This document shows, in pieces, positions 1 through 11,188 of a DNA stretch of 64,000 nt. The notes below the pieces were generated by a model, which saw only the letters and a list, made by a program, of their open reading frames with translations, did not search any database and was not told the DNA's origin. Source of the stretch: Halocafeteria seosinensis (Eukaryota); contig LVLI01000172.1 of assembly GCA_001687465.1 (NCBI GenBank), positions 124,001 to 188,000 on the forward strand, read 5' to 3'. A program made the position numbers and the translations under genes. Every line of letters starts with the position of its first letter. Within the stretch, counting starts at the first letter, position 1.

Positions 1-108
1 TTGCTGAGACAACGTTAAGAGCACGCTAGCGTTGACTGGGTATTATAGAGGCCCGCTTCTCATTGTCTCATCGAGTGGTTCCTGTGGTTCAACGAGGCGA
101 GTGTTAAA

Positions 109-223
109 TTTCCACTTAGCCGGTAGGCCATAAATAATATACACTACTACCACTGGTACTAGTGCAACTACATTTCCACATAGTCGGTAGGCCATAAATA
201 ATACACACTACTACTACCCTGGT
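109..223. repeat. Imperfect tandem duplication (period 64 nt) containing AGYCGGTAGGCCATAAATAAT
   Basis: tttccacttagccggtaggccataaataatatacactactac (from 109) and tttccacatagtcggtaggccataaataatacacactactac (from 173); the core recurs at 13995-14020. Confidence 0.85.
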
Positions 224-664
224 GGTGTTGAATAGGAAGATCCCATTGCCAGATTGCATGTACAAAGTGCGGCAGAACAGGCAGATACATACCATGGGTA
301 TATTTATATACCATCCAGTAAGCGTACATTCCCACAATGAGTAAGGTGACTGCAGATTTAGAAACATCGCCATGTAAAGTTTGATTTGTGGCTGAGGGCA
401 AGCAATGCAATGCGCCTCCCACTCCGACCGTTTCAGCTTGCTATTGCCCGCGCGGCGCACCGGGGAGCCCGCTTTGCCTTTATGAGTTGGCAAATTGGAC
501 ATACGTCTAGTAGCAGGCATAGTATAGACTTTGATAGAGTGCAGTTTTTATTTCAGTATTACCAGCCCTTACTGTTGTAGATCTAGAGCGTATAGTCCTT
601 CCTGAATCAAGGAGGATCAGTGTGGTGTGGCCAGGGGGAGCACAGAGAAGTTGCATTAAGTATA

Positions 665-1848
665 ATGGCTCAACAAGAAGAAAACGCAGAAAATGGAGGC
701 GAGAAGGAAAATAAATCAGGGCATTTCGTTCGCTTATTAGGTATGTGCTGCGTAAGTGTCTCCTAGTGTGAACGTCGATGGTCTATCGTTGTCTTTTGTG
801 CTGCAGGCATCGTCTTTGCACTACTGTTATTCGCATTGAACGTCATTACTCTCGGTTTACCAGCTTGGTTTGAAGCGGATGTACCCCAAAGCGGGACCAT
901 CTTCCCTGGGAGGTAAGCATCCACTGTTGATTGCAAGCATGGATGCAACTTATGATACCGGGTATGCACCACTAGAGCAGGGCTGGGCTCCTGCAATTCT
1001 GTGAAGACATTCAAAGGAACGATTCCAACATTGCCGAATTCAACGTAAGCGAGCTTAGTGTAGGGGTCCAAATCATCGTTCTTTTGAAAAATTATCACTG
1101 CACGATGCAGGAGGACACGGACGTTGAGGCTTCCATGACGGATCTTCTGCAAGATTGTAACACCGTTGGTTGGACGCTAGCCTCGGACAAGGATGTCTCG
1201 TCAACTACCCGGCGCATGTACATCCAATACACTGTATCTCGTATCACAATAATCATCGGTATGGTTGTGACGTTCATATCATTCATTCGGTGTATATTCT
1301 GTAAGAAACAACAAGGTTTGCCGGGAGAGTTCCTGCTAGCAGGTAAGTGAAAGCGAAACGTGAACTAGGCATTGGGAATATTTTTCCTCGTTTCTGCGGG
1401 ATTGAGAAAACAGTTATAGCCTATATCCTGACGGGAGCTCTCATGACAGAGATGGAAGCAAATCCTCGGGAAGTACTGCAAATGTTTGACGGTAAGTTGA
1501 ACAGCACTATTTGCATGCCAACATGGATTGCTCAGTAATGACTCTCTGGGATTGGCAGCTCTGGATGCGTTGCACTATGATCCCAGCGAAGACGATGGCG
1601 ATGTGAGTCCTCAACTAAAGTTAGATGTATGCTGGTATATCAATTGGTATGTAGCATGTCCGTTGTATCTATGTCGCCTCGATACGCCTCCCATCCAATA
1701 CGTGTGTCCTGATGACAGGGTGGCGCTCCTGGTATGTCTTCCTGTTATTTTCTTTATGCAAAGAATTGGTAGAAAGAAGAAACATAAAACGACGGAAGCA
1801 AACAAGACTACCCAGGAATCTAGCACTCCGACGATATCTCAAGTTTAA
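665..1848 (+). CDS. Claudin/PMP22-like four-transmembrane protein (multi-exon)
   Basis: ATG at 665 (MAQQEENAE). GT-AG introns (first 741-806) join exons giving TM1 (GIVFALLLFALNVITLGLPAW), a W...GLLQFC...C loop signature, TM2 (ITIIIGMVVTFISFI), TM3 (GEFLLAVIAYILTGAL), TM4 (WYINWVALLVCLPVIFF) and a basic tail ending TAA at 1848. Confidence 0.7.
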
Positions 1849-2183
1849 TCCCCAGCCTACGTACTTCTTCGGCGTAACAAACCACAAACGCACAGCATAT
1901 GATCGGATCACTATCACATGATGTTGACGTAGTAACCTTTTCATCATTAGGATGCGCATGGTGGAGTCCCTGCGGCTAACGCCCAGCGTGTTTGTGCCCC
2001 GTTGCCATGGCGATTCTCTTTTGGTCCTTGTCATTTCAACTTCAACTTCAACCACCTTATCAAAGAAAGCAACGTTTAATACCACTGTCAGTATTCCATA
2101 ATCAAAGAATAGTACATTATCGTAGAATCAGCTATATAAGTGCCGCTTTGAGGCAGCATCAGCGTCTGAGGCCGTTCAATGCC

Positions 2184-4599
2184 ATGGAAAGAGTGGTTGA
2201 AAGGCAGACGGAATCGCCATCGCCAAGTTCGCAGGATGCCATCTCGGACACATTACAGTCCATACTCTTCCATAATGACAGTACAGAAGAGAAGAATGGC
2301 AGGTGTTCAACACCTAGTGTGAAGGATTTGAAGAAACTTGCCTCTCTAACTCGTAGGAAACAGGTCAACCTTAGTGAGGATGTCTGTGGAGACTTGGCCT
2401 CGCAGCTGCTAGACTATCTTGTACGTTTTGAGAATTCCAGGGTCCTCGTATTCCGCGGCACCAGTCAACATCTTATCTACTGCCTGCAGATTGGTATACT
2501 GAATGACACTCATTGTCGTGATAAAGATGCTCTACAAAAGAAGGAGGTAGGTCTGTGGCAACCACTTGGTACACGAGCGTAGCGTACAAAACCAACCCCG
2601 TGGTTATTCAGCTAGCTCTTCAAGTATTGGATACTTTAGCGGAATATATAAGCGACGACGAGATGATAAAGGCAGCGCTTAGTTCTGTCTCTGAAGAGTA
2701 AGTCATTGCATGCGCATTCGTTTCTCTAGCCAATTCTTCTTGACTATACTGCCGTGTACTACAGATTTGAGAAGTTACTACAGAGCTATTCGTCGCTTGA
2801 TACTGAGCTATCTAAAACATTGAATACATACGTCATGGCATTGCTGTTTCGACTTTTTGACTTTAATCTCAAAGTAAGACAGGTCTGTTTGAGCAGGATC
2901 CTTCCCTTCTACGAACTAGCTTGGTACCTTGACGTACAGGGTGCCCATATCCTCGAATTGGCGGATCACAACATGGACATTGCGGTAACTAACTTACTGG
3001 CAGTGCTGAAGTGCCCTTTCCTCTCAGCTGATATGAAGGTATCAGCATCGAAGACTCTTTTAAGCCTAACGCTTCCGAGTGCTTGCTTCAACCACGACGA
3101 GGTACGTTCAAGTTGTGAGAAGTTAGAAAGCACAATGGAGGAACTCTTTGTCTTTGTCCACTGTGCAGCTTGACAGCACGTATGGAGAGCAAGACATTGG
3201 CAACTTGACGAAGGTTTTCCAAACGCATATTGATTCGTTGCTAGAATCGTGTATCAATCAGAACGTTGTGGAGACATTTCATCAAGTGATGCTGCCCTGG
3301 GTCACTCACGCGACGTTGTCTAGTAAACGCTTCGGAGGGCATAGTGCGTTTCAGGAACCAACCCATGAAATGATATATTATCTGCTACAGGCCCTCAATA
3401 ATCTTCTTTTTCATTCTACTAAGAACACGGCAAAGCTTCGACGTCAGTTTGCTGTCGAAGTCCCCATAGTGGTAGAGCTGATACTACCGTACATAGATTT
3501 GTTACTCGAAGAATTGAAGAGTGTCACTCGGATGGAAGACACACAAGAGAACGAACACATCAGACGCTATAACAATGGCCTTAGAAAGAAAATACGTTTA
3601 GTCTTGAGGCTTCTAGTATCTGGAACTTACAACATACGAGCATTACACGCGGTACTTCGGGATCGACGATGCAACTGGCGTGGCCTACTGAGATCGTCGT
3701 TGTGTACACAGGAACTCTATACCCTGTCTCTGATTGTAAAGCTAGCAATAAATGTATCTCTGGATTCTGTTAAGCAAGACCACGGAGAACTGTGTGCCAT
3801 GAAGCTCTTTCAAGGTACGGCTAGGCACTTTTGCGATCAAGAAGACGAAACGTTGTTAGGTACTACTCTTGTTGCATGCTGCAGAAGGCGACTATCCAGT
3901 AGGCGAAGAGACCTGCGGCTGCGATATGGACGAACTTCACCGACTCCTGATGAATCTCAGCAGTAGGGATAAGAGGATTTTACTTAGCATGCTTCAGTCT
4001 CCGGACCCGAGCGCCCCTGCTCACTTTGGAGACCACAATTTGCTAGTCAAGAGTGTATGCAGATCTCTCCACACCAGTGGAGCAGAGATTGAGGGAGAAA
4101 ATGCTGCTTTTTCAACTTCCTGTTGCGTCAGCAAACTGGTTCCTGCGGAGTCTCCTGCGCGCAGCGACAACACAGATGTCTCTGTGACCCCGAATTCTAG
4201 TCATGTTGCAGTCAATCAAAATGGCGACGAAGAAATATTCAGTAAGGCGCCACACCATTTGAAACCACTCTGCGACAGATATTCACCCTTAAAATCGCGG
4301 TCAAAGGAAGTTCCTTCCCAATTGTGTTGCCCAATTTCAAAGGTAAGCGGCAAAGCCATGATTGTCGATGCTTTCCGGTCGTTTATGCTCAACTGGGACC
4401 GCTGCAGCAATTGATGGATGAACCTGTGAGAATTGAAGGAATACCGGAAAGAGTGTGGGATCGACAAAGCCTACTTCCCTATGTATCTCAGTCGGCTCCA
4501 ATCCCAGGCATTGAACAGGTAGTCAGCGAAAGCCATTTCATAAGGGATAGACTTGTTCAGGAAGAAATACTATCGTGGAAGTTGAAAAACTTCCTCTGA
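2184..4599 (+). CDS. Helical-repeat (ARM-like) protein with C-terminal U-box-like domain; putative E3 ligase (multi-exon)
   Basis: ORF pieces 1992-2582, 2754-3173, 3148-3966, 3869-4414 and 4324-4599 are joined by canonical GT-AG introns. The spliced C-terminus VPSQLCCPISK|QLMDEPVRI...WDRQSLL...EEILSW matches the U-box pattern (CPIS..LM.DPV...Y/WDR..I...I..W). Confidence 0.7.
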
Positions 4600-5035
4600 T
4601 GCACAATTGCGGTTTGTTTTGGAGCTACAGACTGATCCAGGAGGAACCAGAACTACAACTGGAGCAGGCCGTCAGCGTCTCAACAAGAATCGAGGACTTC
4701 CACCGAGAGTAAGCAGTTTCACTTAGAGCCTAAGGGACTGTATATGTACTGGTCAATATCTCCGCGGCTAGTCAGAACTTCCTTAAGGTTTCCGTGTGGG
4801 AAAAGAACAACTCAGTGAGTAGGGTACTGTGAAACAATAATAAACTTGAGACGTAGTATCATTCTTCGAATTTCTATGGTACTCATGCATGTACCGGTAT
4901 GCTACTGACCATACCTAGACAGAAACCAGGGGAATTCCGTCTTGCGCTAAATTGGAGGCTTCAGCAGCCTTGCTTTCCCGTTGTTATTGCCGCTCCTAAA
5001 GGAAGACTAATACCAGCCACGTGATAAGAACTCTC

Positions 5036-5117
5036 TTCATTTCGCTGCGCGCGCAGCTTCGTCGAGCTGCTTCGAAGGCTTCGAAGCGGCTCGACGAAGC
5101 CTTCGGGCTCGAATGAA
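5036..5117. repeat. Palindromic / multi-hairpin non-coding element
   Basis: A 45-nt near-perfect palindrome at 5056-5100 (22-nt arms, one T/C difference that gives a G-U pair), a perfect 14-nt palindrome GCTGCGCGCGCAGC at 5044-5057, an AGCC-TTCG-GGCT tetraloop hairpin at 5098-5109, and a closing stem of 5036-5044 with 5110-5117. Confidence 0.85.
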
Positions 5118-5386
5118 CCGGACAATCATTTCTAATAGTAGACACTTGCTTGTTTTCCGCACGAGGCCCGGGTTGACACAATGCGTAAATGCGTGAATAC
5201 AGGGGTTTGGCCGGGGTGTATGAGCTCTATTTCGTCCCTGTCCCTCGTCCTAGAGTCCACCTATCTTGCGCGCGTGTGGATTTGGTGCTCGGTGGAGGAG
5301 TCTCTACTTCTCTTGAGAAGGCCTTCCGGTGTTCCCGCTCGCTTTATACGGCTATATTAGGTCATATTGAGGGCTTTTCCGACGAA

Positions 5387-8300
5387 ATGCAAAGTCCAAA
5401 GGATATTCCAGCTACGGAGCCATCTTCTCCTTCCAAGGAGAATGGTGGAAACGGGAGGAGAAGGAAAAACAAAACGAATGAATCCTCTGCCATCATGGGC
5501 AGTGAGGGCGCCGAGGGCAGCGATACGTCGAAATTGCTGCGTAATTACGGTGGTGTGAGCGACAGTGCCGTCGTGGGCCACGTGAAAGCGAGGGAGGAAG
5601 CTGGAAGGAAAGCAGCAGCCCCAGTCAGTGAAGCCGGACTTAAGGAGGAAGACAGCGACGATCAGACAATTGACACAGTCGAGCATGTACGCCAGAGTAG
5701 GAGTAAACGCTTAAAGAGGCATATCAAAGGCACAATTTCCAAAGCGATGGCATCAAAATTTTTTCGGAAAAGGACTGAAATACCTAAGGGTATCCCGGAG
5801 AATGCCGTCCCGGGCAAAGAAGAAGGGGTTTGGTATGGTTATTTCCCTTACGACACAGCACTCGCCGACCCCTTTTGGGTATGGTGGTTTATCCAAGTCT
5901 TTGGATGTCTTTTGACGGCGGCACTCGCGGGAGTAGCATGGTACTTCACGTATGGACCGTCGTCGTCGCTTGCCATTGCTGTCGGATCCATTGCGATGGC
6001 AATTGCCGTCGACATTGGCTTGTATGCAGAATGGGCGTACAACCATGGGAATAAGCAAGTTCACGTATATCTGCATCTGTTCCTCCTGTATTTGTTGAAT
6101 TTTGCATTGCTTACCCTCAGTGTCTACGTTTATATAAGTATACCGGAGGTACGTGGCGGTTTGTGACTGTGACTTCACAGTGATTGACGTTTGTGGAAAA
6201 CCTTGTTCCTTATGTCCTCAGGGTGAGCAATACTTCACGGAGAACTGGTGGGACATTCAGAGTCAGGTGTTACCATTCACAACATTATTAGATGCAAGAT
6301 CTACATATCGACTTGTCAACACTATCCTCATGGCGTTAGGAGTCAGCATGTTCGCGATCAACTTCATTGCCATCTTACGGGCCTGGAATGCTTTAGGAGG
6401 CATGGTTAGCATGGTACAGCACGGGTTGAAGATGATGCTCCCACAACTCCTGGTTATCTTCGTAACAGCGGGGGCTTCTGCTGGCCTCAGTTTAGAGACA
6501 GCAGATGTATGCATGTTCGCTAGATCGTACCACCTTCATGACGTGTATCTGATGGCTACCGTATCTTTCCTACTTGCTGTGGTAAGTCTTTGTCGGGTCT
6601 CTACAGCGCTTGGATGTTGATCATATCCTACAATGCCTCCGCTTTGTATGTCTTCAGACTGTATTCGTTCTTTGTTTTCTCTCATGTCGATGGGGCAATC
6701 ACCATCTCACGTTTTCTGCTAACGGGACTTTCTACTTGGTCTTTGCCACCATTCTGTTAATCGCTGGATCTGTGGTTCAAGGTCGCTCTTCTTCTACGAC
6801 CGACTTTGTGCAATCTAACTGGGATGAATTGAAAAACTTTGTCCCCGACAACTTTGCGGATAAGTCCTGGCACAAGTATGCGTTAAGGTGTACTAGCCTT
6901 ATGAGCCAAACGGCGACAATGGCCATTCTATGCTCGATATTCTCGATCCTATACTCTTTTAGTGCGTTACGTGCGGCGTTCGTAGCTATATCGCTAGGAG
7001 AAGGTGGTTTTGAGGCTCTCGTGGAGGAGAATATCAAACATTCTCAAAGCATTGGTAAGCGAAGTATGACGCCGGGATACGGTGCTACAGAAGGTGGAAG
7101 GGATTCAATCTCAGGTAGCAGTGATAGTGAGTGGTACACCTCTACTCAATGGAATCGAGCTCTCGCTGATTTGGATTTGAATAAGAGTGGAACGGTGAGG
7201 CATCGCGATAGTTCTGCGTCCTTTACCACCTCGGAGTTTTCCGAAGCTCCCGAACCTTCTCAAGATCCTTCGCAGTTGCTAAAACAGCACCCGCTCCCCT
7301 CTACTTCTGTGTGGATTAAAACAAGCTTAGGGGAATTGAAGGTAATGTGCCGCGAGCACACGAAATACTCGTTGTTTGTTGCGGCACTTTTTGCCGCTGG
7401 AGTCATTGCTATCAGTGTTGGTATGGCCAAGACGGCATCCCAGTTGCAGTGCAACAACTTGGTCCATGACCCATTTACGTATTCCCTCAACTTTACTGCG
7501 CCTATCACTTCCGATGCTATTTTTCAAATAAATCACCGGTTTCCTCGTGGGACCGTAAGTGTGGCTGACATAACTGAATGGCCCAGCAGTTTCAAAGCGC
7601 TAAAAGCGGACCACTACGGCGTGGTTGTTCGACAATGGAGCACTGCTGATCGTCCCGTCTTTGATGTGAATCAATTTGTCAATGACATCTTTAACTCCAC
7701 GTTTTGTGCGACTGCCCATGATGACGATGACTCCGACTTGGAGTGCTCCATTCTTATGGATTATTCACCCAAGGCACTGAGCCGATCTCGCTCATCTTCG
7801 GAATCCGCATGTGATACTGTAGAGGTGGTCATTTATTATCCGTTTACGGGACCGACGAATTATGGAGTTATGAACATTAATTCTGACTCAGCATTTGTTA
7901 ACGTTACTGCTCACGTCGATTTCACAATTTCGCTTCTGAGTGAAATGGTCGGGCAGCTTACAGTGAAGACTAAGCAAGCTCCAATTTTGCTGGCAAATGC
8001 TTTCGCCCAAACTCGTATGGGTACAACCATAGTGCCAAATCTTATCGTGGAATCGGATTCTGGAGACGTCACACTGAATATGGTACTGGCGCATGGTATA
8101 TCTGTTGAAACTGGTGGAGATATTTTGGCGCAGAACACGATTTCCTTTGATTTCAATGCCCAATCGGCTTCCGGCGATGGCGGTGTCACGAGCTGCCTAT
8201 TTGCTGGAACAGTATGCCTGCCTATTGACGGTGATGTATCTTTGACAACTCATTCCGATGGTCGAATTTTGGCTAGCAAATTAGTGTTTGCTGAGAATTT

Positions 8301-8946
8301 CCTGCTGACTTCAGACGGCGGTAGAATACTTGGGCAAAACAGTGTATCGTACGTCATACATGACACCAGAATTGTCTCAGACCATGGTGGAGTTGTACTG
8401 AATTCTTGGTTACCCCTCTCGGGCAACCTCACATTCATCCGTACCGACTCTTCGATTTCTGGTTCGTTCGTCTTCGCGAATTACGTGGATGTAGAGTCGT
8501 ACTCCGGAAGCATATCGTTCCTTGAGATTTTCCTTGGGCTAAATAAGCCGGATGATCACTTTCTTCCTACATATGATTCACACTTCAATAATTCCCTCCC
8601 TGGTATTCGTGCCGTTGCAGAGAAAGGCTCGGTTAGCTTAATTGGATTGGGAGCAGGTTTGCTAAATGGAAACCCGGACGAGAATTGGGCGGCTGACCTC
8701 AGCATTCGAGGTATCAGTGAAGCCGGAAGTGTTAAAATGCAAGTGAACGGAGGTGGCTATACTGGGAAGTACCATACCGAAAGCAGATTTGGCAATTCTG
8801 CGGTGGAAATAAGTGGCAAGAGCGCTCCGGACACTGGTATCATTGATTCGAGTAGTGACGGGGTTGGCTATGCTGTACTCAAGACGATTCGCGGTGACAC
8901 TCAACTGGTTGTTCTCCCTTCACCCCTCGGTGCGGAAATCCTGTAA
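5387..8946 (+). CDS. Multi-pass membrane protein: two tetraspanin-like 4-TM modules, a ninth TM and a C-terminal beta-strand-repeat (DUF4097/adhesin-like) ectodomain
   Basis: ATG at 5387 (MQSPKD); two GT-AG introns link ORFs 5189-6166, 6153-6620 and 6610-8946. There are nine hydrophobic segments, a repeated loop (FTENWWDIQSQVLP / FVQSNWDELKNFVP) and C-terminal repeats such as VESDSGDVTL, LTTHSDGRI, LTSDGGRI, VSDHGGVVL, VESYSGSI, KTIRGDT. Confidence 0.75.
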
Positions 8947-9319
8947 GTGTACATATTCTAGGACACTCCTATGGCGTCCATGTTGATTATCGACTCAAAA
9001 GACGACAATGAGGCAAGAATTCCCGTCATTGCCAAAATCGTTTGACTCCGTCAAATAGATGTTGGCTCTTGCCCAGTGTTGAGCACTGCTTCTAGCGTGT
9101 GGAAAGTGAAGTAAAATACACAATTTCATTGTTCGCCAGTACCCATAATTCGCACATTGATGTAATAAAAGTAGAAAAGAGCTGGGGGCGTAACGAGTAA
9201 GCCGATATCAAAATTTAAGTGTTGCCTTTACTACATCGACTTAGAATACGAAACCGTATATTACTGAAAAGATGAAATGCCCTGTTATTTACAAACGGCG
9301 CTGTATACGGTCATGAGTC

Positions 9320-11188
9320 CTAATACTCTTCTTCATAATTCGCAGTGCTTCGCTCCCTGAGCAGGGATTCTACACTAGTTTGCAAGTCTCCACGACTTTC
9401 CTTCAAAGTCTTGGCAATCTTCCCGATAGGGAAATCGGTGCTGGCGTCATTGCCATTCACAATTTCAGCGAGACGCTGTAGTTCGTCAGGATTGACACAC
9501 ATGATGGAGGCCACAGACGCGCAATCCTTTAGCTGCAGCTCTTGCATGCGTCTAATTTCACTGCGGGTATTCTCAAGCTCCATTTCCTGTGTTCGGAGCC
9601 GATACAGAGAACGACAGAGTTTGTCTTTTGCATCTTCTTCCGAAATTGTCTTCAACTGGTCATCTAACTCTAGTTGAGTAACCACAGTTTCCAAAAGTCT
9701 CTCATACTTCTTTTGGTTTTCAAGTTCTCCAAGAAGTTCGCGTTCTTGACGACCTTGCTTGCTGGCAGACGCAAGTTGCTCTTTCAATTGGTGGTTGTTT
9801 TGCTTCGCCGAGTCCAGCTCCTCACGGAACTGATTCAACGTCTGTTCAGTTCTCCGTCTTTCCTGCTGCAAGGCCTCTCCTGACGCTTTTTCGTGGTTGA
9901 GTTGCTCCCTCAATGATTCGTTTTCATTACGGAGCGCATTCACTGTTTTGTCTTCCAAATGGTTGAGCCGGTCCTGCAATTCTCCTATTCTTCCGTCTCG
10001 CGATCGTACAGTCTCCTCAAGCTCTTTATGGGCAGAATGCAGCCGTTCCTTTTCGTTTTCCAGTTCACTTTGCTTTTCTTGCAGCTCGGCGTTCTGGTCC
10101 TCTGTCTCCTGCTTCTGCTGTTCAAGTTGTTCAATTTGTTCCCGTAACCCACTCAATCTGGAGTGGAGGTCCTCCGCGTCGGTTCTTGAACGTTCCACTT
10201 GCTGTTCCAGGTCACGGTTGGAACTTTCGGCTCCTTCTTTCTGTTCACGGGTTGTTTCCAGTTCCTGCCTTACATCACGAAGAGATTCTTGGAGCTTAGC
10301 ATTAAGATCTTCTTTCTCTCGCTCCGTCCCACTGAGCTGCAACTTCATGTGTTCGATGCGACTTTCAGCGTCTTCCTTTTGCTGCCGTTCTTGGTCCAAC
10401 AAGAGTTTGTTATTCTCTTTTATTTCCTCAATTTCATCCTCCTTTGCTCGCAGTTCAGTACTCATTTCATCCACTCTTTGTCTCATTGCTTCGAGTTCGT
10501 TCTGGTGGGAGCTACATTCACTTTGTTTTTGTTGCAACTCATTCCTCAGTTGTTCAATTTGCTCTTGGAGACGTTCCAGCTTCATAACCATTTCTTCATT
10601 CTCCTTTCTTGTGCGTGCTGCCCTCTCATTGGCATCTGCTCCAGCGTTGAGTGTATACGCCTGTAGCTCTTTGCTAATCCGAGTCGGCTTGTTTGGATCT
10701 TCCTCAGCCGGATGTACCTCCACTCGCACCGAGTATGTGGTATCGAAGTTCAAGTCCTCAAAAGTAAATTCTGTGGACAGGAATACGTTTCCCTGATTGA
10801 GTCGCGCCAGTGCCTCATACGAACTGTTAGCTTACCTGGTTGTCCGTCAGGATTCAACTTTTCTGCTTCAGGGGTTTCAATCCAACCTGTGGAAATGTAA
10901 CCCGGTCGCCCAATTCGGAAAGTGTAGCGGGCGCTCGGATGATCCACTCGCTCACACTGCACAGTCAACCTATCCCCGAGACGGTCCGTCACCTTGACTG
11001 CCGGTGCCACCTCTGGCCAAGTCGCGGGGGATTGCGGCTCATTTTCCTGTTAAATACAATAAATTCTTGACATAAAGATTTTTCGGGAAATTTCTGCGGC
11101 TCAAAGTTGAACCTACCTCGGCTGTCAGTCTTGCCTCCTCTGTTTCCTGAGGGGCTTGCGCTTCCTCTTCTCGGGCTGGTCCGTCCAT
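9320..11188 (-). CDS. FN3-like domain plus long coiled-coil protein (3 exons)
   Basis: ATG at 11188 (MDGPAREEE); GT-AG introns join ORFs 10750-11010 and 9320-10753. The segment EFTFEDLNFDTTYSVRVEV resembles the FN3 C-terminal strands and is followed by about 400 aa of E/Q/K/L heptad-rich sequence. Confidence 0.75.

Noticed and set aside
118..135. Similarity of the repeated motif to the dinoflagellate/perkinsid spliced leader (CCGTAGCCAT...)
   Set aside because: It needs two insertions and lacks TTGGCTCAAG.
642..656. ACAGAGAAGTTGCAT resembling the U6 snRNA ACAGAGA box
   Set aside because: No U6 5' stem, internal stem-loop or downstream conserved sequence; it lies just before the ATG at 665.
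5036..5117. Hammerhead ribozyme or heat-shock element in the palindrome
   Set aside because: No CUGANGA core on either strand, and the GAA/TTC spacing does not fit nGAAnnTTCn.
9345..10796. Long + strand ORFs (e.g. 9897-10796, 299 aa)
   Set aside because: These are S/C/F/L-rich antisense shadows of the minus-strand coiled-coil gene; the same applies to most short ORFs nested in long genes.
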